Made by a program: the position numbers and the translations under genes. From assembly GCA_950097015.1 (NCBI GenBank), contig CATNEN010000005.1, forward strand, positions 5,022,001 to 5,086,000: 64,000 bases of DNA. Reading direction: 5' to 3'. Shown piece by piece: positions 56,340-64,000 of the stretch. The notes beneath the pieces were generated by a model. The model was given only the letters and a program-made list of their open reading frames with translations. It was not told where the DNA came from and searched no databases. Every line of letters starts with the position of its first letter. Positions within the stretch are counted from its first letter, which is position 1. Source of the stretch: Macrostomum hystrix. Lineage: Eukaryota; Animalia; Platyhelminthes.

Positions 56340-57354
56340 TTACGGACTCAAATCGGACGGAAAACGGACCATCACAATTATGCGATTTCTACCTATTCTA
56401 TATACTCCTAAATACATAGCTATTCGAGATGTAATGCAATTAGAGCAGTTGTCGCAGTATCAATCATTTTATACGGCTATTGAGCGGTTTACTGCAGACG
56501 GCCGGAATATGCATGGCCGACCAGAAGATCGAATTGTATACACGCTCAGAATATTTTGATGATTCCACTATATACTCGTAAATTGTTTCACTGATGCACA
56601 CAAATTTTATTTCCTAGCTCTCACTGATCAGTAAAACAGTAAGTATATGTATAGTAAATAATTTATATCTAAAAACTAAATATTACGATTATACAAACCG
56701 AACATTTAACTTGCTGCACTACTAACGTTTAAATACGAGTAGTATTTCAAGCATGTTAGGTTCTGTACAGTAGATCAAAAAATGACCTTTTGCGGACTGG
56801 AATCGGACTGTTATAATTACACATTTTTTCATCTTTTAAATGCATAAGTAACAGAAAATAAAGCCTTTTATGACGTTTTCAGCAGCTAACTCAAGAATTT
56901 TTTTATGGAACATCGTCCTCCTCGTCGCCCTATTGAGGACTCAAAACGGACCGCGGACGCGTCGGCCTTTTGTGGACTAATTTCGGACTGTACGAATTAC
57001 ACATTTTTTCATCTTTTAAATGCATTTAGAACTGAAATCAAAGCCTTTTAAGACGTTTTTAGCAGCTAACTCACGAGTAATTTTTTTTTGGAACATCGTC
57101 CTTCTCGTCGGCCTTTTTCGGACTCAAATCGGACCATTTTGGAGCCGGTCGACGCGTCGGCCATTTTCGGACTAAAATCGGACTGTACGAAGTACACCTT
57201 TTTTCATCTTTTAAATGCATTTATAACTGAAATCAAGACCTCTTAAGACGTTTTCAGCAGCTAACTCGATTTTTTTTTAGCTGAGCTGTCATAGGGTTAG
57301 ATCGAACCGTAGGCGTCGAAAAGACGTCTTTTCGACGATGCTTTTTACACCGGG
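56340..57354. mobile_element. CCC-terminated TIR element end with about 170-bp subterminal tandem repeats
   Basis: Three repeat units at about 56790-57270; terminus GACGATGCTTTTTACACCGGG matches CCCGGTGTAAA(A/G)AACATCGTC at 61918 and 40189. Left boundary approximate. Confidence 0.5.
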
Positions 57355-57418
57355 TAGATTAAACATATATTTTCTATGAAGAACATGAACTATATGCTAC
57401 GTTTTCAATTTTTCCAGC

Positions 57419-58013
57419 TTTCATCAAGGACCCATATTACAAATTTGAGCCCAACGGGCCATTGCCGGATTTCATTCCGAAAGATATTGTTGTCGGCATT
57501 GAACTGTCTGCTGCCTGTGTCCGTGGTGCTGCTAGTATCCTTGGCATAAAATTTGCTAATAGCAAAATTCGAACTGTGAAAGGTACTTCATTTCAATACC
57601 TGACTGAAGATGGTAATGCACTTGCATACAGTAATGGTATAGCTATCTTTCGCACTCGAAGTATGGAAGCTGATTGCTGTCAGGATTTTTCAAAGCGGTG
57701 CAAGGCTGCAGAAGCGGGTAAGGTGTGGCTCGAAAGCAATGGATGGAAGGTTGTGGACAAGGAAATGTGTCGCCCGTCTGTTGCGGAGCACATATCAGAG
57801 GCGTTGAGGCATCTCGAATTGGCCGCATCGTTTTCGCCAGTGGAATTAATTTCTGTATTGAACATTTCTATCGCCTGCATTTGGCAGTTGCAAGCCGAAG
57901 TTCGTGTAGCTGCAGCAGTTGGGAGTGTGGACATGCCGGCGACAGCGGTAGAACGAAAGGCGGCGGCAGCGAGGGAGCGAGAGGCGGTGGAAGAGCGAGA
58001 GCAGGCGGCATAG
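57419..58013 (+). CDS. Probable coding exon of an unknown protein
   Basis: Strong acceptor TTTTTCCAG at 57418, about 195 open codons with ordinary composition, charged helical end; further candidate small exons up to about 58483. Confidence 0.4.
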
Positions 58014-59243
58014 GAGAGAGGGAGATGAAAAGAAGAAGCGACGAAAGAGGAAGGCTGATCTGAGTGATATTACTGGTGGGACAGGTCGTAAGACTTATTT
58101 TACCAGAAGAATGGTCCAGATGTAAATTAATGCTCTTGGGTGTGCTATTATTTTCTCCTTTACCGCTTTTTGGTATTTGGCGGAACAGTTTTGAGCAGCA
58201 ATCGCTATGCGCAGAACCACTTGAGCACGTCGCCAATAAGGATGATTATTGCTTTGCAGACAAGACTGCTAAGCAATAATCATCCTTATTGGCGAATAAG
58301 CGAGCGAGTAAGTTTTACACCTGGTGCCCGAGAGAGTTTTGGATTGTTTTTTGTGTGTGCTGTCGACAAATGTGCTGGTTGACATTGTCGTTTTCTAATG
58401 TTAAGATGTTTGCTGTCTGTAGTAATGTTGAAGGACCACAGCTAATACGAAAATATATAACTGCAATTGACATCACCTCTTAGTACGCTTGCAATTCCGT
58501 CTTCTATGGAAATGCATTTTAATTTTTTCTATCGTACTCCGTTACTTATGCTGCATGGCAAGAAGAATACAACTTTTTCATCGCATGGCATAAAAAGTCT
58601 GCTGTTATAACACGTATTCTGCAAGTTGGTCTTGCAACTTTTTTAGCTCGGCAAAAGCCTTGAAGGGAAATATGAATTTAAACTTAATTTTTTCTTATTT
58701 TGACAGCTTTAACTCGACAAAATGCAGCTCGTCGCACAAAATAGAAGACTTTAACCCTCCGAAACTGTACATGTAGCACACAAAAATTAAAACGAAACTC
58801 GTTCATGAGTAAACTGAAAGCGAAAATAAAAAGTATATTTTTTGAGTATACTAAAAGGGCAAAATGAAAACAACGAATTGCGCGACCAAAAAGTTACATA
58901 AACGCTCAATTCTGCTGTCTGCTGGGCTGGGCGTCATTGCCCACATAAAAGTATAGAAGCGTAGAAGACATGCATTGCCGAGCACTTTTTGAAAGGCAAA
59001 AATTTGAAAGAGACCTAAAAATCTGCAGATCGTCGAGATCTGAAAATTGGCGACAAACAAAATAATATCTGCAATCATTTGCCAACTCTTCTCGTCGTGC
59101 ATTTGTGCGCTCTGTCGCTCTACACATCACCCCACACAAAAATGGTTGGTACTATATACTCGTAACATGAAATATTATGTTGCACTAAACTACTGCAAAC
59201 TACAAGCAGAAAATTTAGCACCATGTCCTTGAGGCAAAGACCA

Positions 59244-60651
59244 TCAGCAACGGCACGTTCCGACGATGTAGACTAAAAGAGTCGGTCTGCCACTGTTCCG
59301 CTGCCGACCCTCCTTATAAAATGGCAGTTTGCCTTGAGCACTAGATGCTGCGTCATCGTAGATGTAATGGGTGTTTCCACGAACGATGCGGCCGTAGAAA
59401 TGACCGGGCACAGCAATCGTTGTGCAACAGAGATTGTTACTCAAATTAGTGAATAAAATTCCATACTTTCGAAGCTTGCACCCAAGATACTAGTGTCCCA
59501 ATTTGCTTGAGATTCGTGTTTCGTGTAGCTGACAAGTTTATAAATAAACTTATTTTCGTGTGTCATTATTATAAGTGATTCAAATTATTTTAAGTGCCCG
59601 CTGACTTCATCATTTACAGCAAATGCAAGCTGGAAAATTCAGTGCCTGTTGCCTAACGCAACAAGGTATTCAGATTAACGAGAACAACGAAAAGTAGCAA
59701 GTATTGGTCATTAACTAGTTAAACTGTTAACTTTCTGTTAACGAAGTCAAGTTTTTTATTAACGATGCCCAACACATGCTGAAAGTAGCTAGCCTGAATC
59801 TGTAAGAATCACAAACGGCGCATTGAACCAGTCAATCGGTAGCATACATTGTAGTCCCATCATGAAGAAACTACGCGGATGACATCGCAGTCCTTCCACA
59901 GCTGCCTGTGAACTTCCCCATCGAAGTCTTTCTAAAGCCCTCTCAGTCCATGCTTTAATCTCCAAATATTATCAAGCACCCGAAGTTGATATTCAAGAGA
60001 AATGTCAAAGGCAGCGTGCACTTACTGAATGGATCCGTCCTCCGGGAAAGGATGCATGACTGAGTGAGGTGGGAGAGTCTCCCGACCCGATGCCGAATCT
60101 GGAATGCCCACAACCACAACTGGCGGTGGAAAGTTGGCAAAGAGGGGATGGTGTAAGTAGCGCGAGTCGAGGTTACAGTCGAGGCATTCCACACAGCGGT
60201 CGCCAGAAGTAAATACTTCCCGAAGATAGGCCTCGGGAGACATTAAGATCCGGCGGCTGTCACCAGAGGGCGCTTGCTCCGGAGTTGGAAGCACAAGTTG
60301 GTAGAAGCGCCGTGTCTCCTATTTGCGGCAGAAGGGGCAACCCACACGCTGAGTTATAGCATGAAACTCTCCGAGCACCCAGGTAGTAACATCCAGCGCT
60401 CCCTGGAATAGGCTTATATCGATTTCCTTGGAAGTGCTGGACCGGCGCCTCACGACAGCGCCACGCCGGTGCAATTCAGGACAACGCAGGAGCAGCCGAG
60501 CTCGAGCGAAATGGATACTCTCATGAGTAAAAGCCTGGACGGCTGCATGCAGAAAGTCAGTCAGGGGAGCACAATCATGGGGAAGTCGCTGGACTGCCGA
60601 AGTGAGCGGGGTGGTATGTTGGGCACTTCTATGTTTGTGGAGGGCAGTCAT
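59244..60651 (-). pseudogene. Ubiquitin-specific protease (peptidase C19)-like relic
   Basis: FLHAAVQAF (Cys-box-like), CPFC...FYQLVLP, CLDC, FPPPVVVVGI, CA|GTAAGT donor, then PGHFYG...YIYDD (His-box-like). One frameshift near 60320. Confidence 0.45.
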
Positions 60652-61917
60652 AAAACAAGGAACCGATCGGGCATACGATAGGACTTAAGGGAAGCGTTCT
60701 CATTGGCTCAGAGGGTTAGCGAGTTGTCAAATGGTGGTCTTTTTCTCACGGGAATGCAGGAAGAATGAAAGGGCACTTAGTCAGGGGACATGGATGTTTA
60801 CAGCTAGAATGAGTCAATGGAACTGCGGGCACCTAAGTAAGGACGATATTATATGCTTTCGGGCCAGCTTAAAACTTACTATTAGTAAGGAGGTGAACTT
60901 TAGTGGGCAAGCTCGGGGTGACGTGTCGTTTCTTTTCCTTTAGAATTTTCAAAAATTGAGCAGCAACGCAGAAATGATTCAATGAAAGCCAACGAGGAAG
61001 TTAAACCAAAACTTGGTGACTCGGGATAAAGGAAAATGCACGCGGAGGCTGGATATATTTGTTTCGCAGTTACACAAGAACGTATGTACAAGAAATGAGC
61101 GATGAAGGTCAGGCTCAGGACTCCGTCTTTCTCATTCGCGGGCCCGGGCGATTGCCATGGCCAGCGCAGCGGCGGCCAGCCCAATTGTTATCACGAAAAA
61201 GCCACGGCTGCTGACACCAACACACGGCGACACCAAATACGTTGGTGTCGTATTTTTAGGTGTCGTGTCTTGTATTAATGTTGTAATTTTTCTTTTTGTA
61301 TTTCTGTGCTGCTGAAGAACATGTTATCTCACAACAGCCAAACAGTAGGATAGTCCATCTTTTTCCTAGATAGACTAGACTGCAAATTGTTAAATAAAAC
61401 AGTCAGTATATTGCACTTTATAGATGTGCTATTAAAATCAATGAGGATAATGTACATTGCACTCTTTAGAAGTGCTGTAAGCCTCAGTAGAAAGCTTTTT
61501 AATGTAGATTGATATAGCTATTATGTGCTGTATTCATTTTAACCACTTGCATTTAAAATAGTGCTGTGAAGCTAAAGTCTTAAAAATTGACCAAAGCTCT
61601 GAATACCTTGCACTCAAAATCTATGGGCACTTCTGGAAACCTTCTCGCTTGGCAAAAATAGATAAAAATATAGGTAGGGTCAGCTGTCAACTCACTATTT
61701 AAATCTGAGATCCATATTTGCCATCTGGTGTGCCTGATAATCTTTTGTATACAGCTATTTTGCTACTATACAAGGTGAGATCCTTGCGTTTTAGCATTAT
61801 AAAATGTTTACAATAGAGAGCCAATTCCAGTTAAAAAATTAACAATATCTTTTATATTTTACATGTAAATCAAAAGCACACACTCCATTACAAAAAATAT
61901 TTTCATGTGTTCAATGT

Positions 61918-62060
61918 CCCGGTGTAAAAAACATCGTCCGGCGGACGATGATTTTTTGGGTCCGCCTGACTTTGACTTTTGGTCTATTGTACGCAGAAAT
62001 TTAGTCCGGCGGACGTCCGCCGTCGGCCGACGGAGGACCAATTTCGGACCATTGTAAAAT
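61918..62060 (+). mobile_element. Left end of a CCC-terminated TIR element
   Basis: CCCGGTGTAAAAAACATCGTCC followed by CGGAC/GTCCG subterminal repeats. Confidence 0.5.
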
Positions 62061-62628
62061 GTTGTGAATACTACTATTAGTAGTGTAGCTCTGAATGAAA
62101 AATCGTATTAATTATTCTCTCGTATTCCTTTAAATAACTTATTAAACATGAACAAAAATATTTTAATTTTCTTATTGAAAAAATGAATGTTATCGTATAT
62201 TCTTATTAATTTTAATTTGCAAATACGTTACTCATTTCTTTATTTCACAGATACAATATAACAGAAAGAGACAATTAAACAAACATTTGCAAGTTATAAA
62301 AGAAGAACAACTTGGAATAGAAGTAAGCAAGACAGAACTTGCTAAAAAATTAGGATTATTAAAAAATTACATACAAAAATACAGAAAGCAAAGTATAAAA
62401 TGCCTTTGCAGTAATACAACGCACAACAGGCAGCATAGACATGGGGTAAAAAATACTAATTTGAATACATAGCAAGAAATATCATTGTGTACTATACTTA
62501 CTATACTCAACGTAAATAACGAAGCGCGTTTCTAAAGCATGTAGGAAAATAATAGAAAGGAAGACGAATAATTTTTATACCTCACAAAAACTACAAAATT
62601 TTGTGTATAAATCAAGACACATAAATAC

Positions 62629-63035
62629 GCTCGTACAATAATAATAATAATTAGACACTAGACTCAAGGGCCAGTGCAGGTGTTGTGTGTCAAGCACACT
62701 AGCAGGAGGGGACTGCACACCTAATGTAAATCCCCGGCTCTCTCGGACACCGGAATTGACAGCCTCATGTCAGCAATGTAATTAATTTTTCGATACATAT
62801 CGGCAGCATTCAAACCCCACTGAATTGCCGCACAGAGCAGCATTTTTCCACGCTGCCGGAATTATCATTACCCGACAAAATGTCGGTACTCATTTGCAGC
62901 TGAGTAGACTGTGGGCACATCAGGGCAAAGCAGCTTGCCAAAGACTGCACGAATAGTTCTAGACTAGGTCGGGAATCGAACCCAGGACCATCTGATCCAG
63001 AGTCCGACACCTTACTGACTGAGCTATCCGCCTTT
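62629..63035 (-). mobile_element. SINE family 1, full length
   Basis: tRNA-like head GGCGGATAGCTCAG...GGTTCGATTCCC, core CTCAGCTGCAAATGAGTACC, (ATT)n tail, 10-bp TSD ACATAAATAC (62619-62628, 63036-63045). Confidence 0.88.
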
Positions 63036-63194
63036 ACATAAATACAATTTAGAGTATAAATTGTGCCACATATGTCCCATTTTAGCTACTCACTAGCAAG
63101 TCGTTAGTAGTAGCATACGAATTATTAGAAGCATACGAATTATAGTTCCGAAAAATAAACGAAAGTTGGGATTTATGAGTGAGAGACACTTAAT

Positions 63195-63874
63195 TTATAA
63201 ATATTCATCTTCTGAGCTGGTGCTCAGAACTCGAGCGCGCTTTCGAGCCGTCGTAGCTCCAGATGCCGCAGCTCCGACCGCCGCACCTCCAGATGCCGCA
63301 GCTCCGGCCTCCGCAGCTAAGGCCGCCGAAGCTCCGGCCTCCGCAGCTAAGGCCGCCGAAGCTCCGGCCTCCGCAGATCCGACCGCCGCACGTCCAGATG
63401 CCGCATTTTCAGCCGCCGCCGCGTAGCGCTGCCCGGCACTGACTCCTCGCTCCTTTGCCACCAGCCTGTCGGAGGCGTGTTTTAGGATGTTTCTAATCTC
63501 TCTCTCTACGTCGAACTCCGATGGTCGACCTTGGGGGTAGAGCATGGTGACTGCCTCTGGAAAAGAGTGTTTAAAGTCTCAATGACGAAATGCTCTCGAC
63601 ATGAGTGCCTATTTTGCCTATACCAATTTCATGTTGCCTAAATATGAATGAATATGATGAATATCTTAACAAAGAAAATACTGCTGAAATTACTGAATGC
63701 CAGCTCTTTGTCCGACAACTCCTGGAGGCCTGGTTCGGCCGCGCGCAGTCTCGCCGACATGTTGCGTCCTGACCAATTGATGACGCACTGCATGTTGGTC
63801 GCAAGGCACTTGCTCAGCATGCGCTTGCATGTGTCGTGGACTGTGCTTCCCCGACAGCTACGGAGGCATTCGGC
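63195..63874 (-). pseudogene. BEN/DUF4806-like gene, copy 2, exons B and C in original orientation
   Basis: AECLRSCRGSTVHDTCKRMLSKCLATNMQCVINWSGRN...KELAF and DVEREIRNILKHASDRL; exon-B donor reads TTAAG where copy 1 has GTAAG. Confidence 0.6.
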
Positions 63875-63940
63875 CTGTTTGAGATTGATTTAGTGTATTT
63901 TTAATGTATTTAGTGTAGTTTATTGGTAGTATAATGTGTA

Positions 63941-64000
63941 TCCACTATACTAAAAATGAAATGGTTGCTTGGTTGCTTGGTTGCTTGTAATTGATTTTCT
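63941..64000 (+). mobile_element. Helitron 5' end (element continues beyond the window)
   Basis: A|TCCACTATACTAAAAATGAAATGGTTGCTTGG, matching the heads at 39459 and 43878. Confidence 0.8.

Noticed and set aside
62960-63032. tRNA gene (Gln/Arg-like)
   Set aside because: It is the head of a TSD-flanked SINE with core domain and tail.

Overview
This is AT-rich metazoan-type genomic DNA made almost entirely of nested transposable elements, with spliceosomal GT-AG introns and poly-Q exons. I found no prokaryotic features, no rRNA and no CRISPR array. In order, the window holds: an intact single-ORF Ty3/Gypsy element (161-4302); a TIR element with an 8-bp target-site duplication (TSD) carrying the 3' end of a second Gypsy family (6176-10272); a Sola2-like DNA transposon (10411-13759); a young non-autonomous Gypsy copy with near-identical LTRs (15590-21701); two Helitron copies (about 21925-27893 and 39459-43877); a near-complete relative of the same Gypsy family (27894-35659); a scrambled Copia; (ATT)n-tailed SINEs and a 2.3-kb insertion; two copies of a BEN/DUF4806-like gene; an ETS-domain exon; and a USP-like relic. 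Copy A of the Helitron carries an RPA70-like gene and a divergent spliced RGG/CCHC/poly-Q gene. The most novel signal is a family of non-env accessory ORFs placed downstream of integrase in this Gypsy clade. Four ORFs share a P-x-[ED]-[RK]-x-P-T-[RW]-P-[RK]-type motif, two carry a KEN box beside an RxxL, and two have their own TATA (one also CCAAT) promoters. A -1 frameshift signal with a compensatory base-pair change is also well supported. All family assignments come from motif recognition by eye; no database searches were run.
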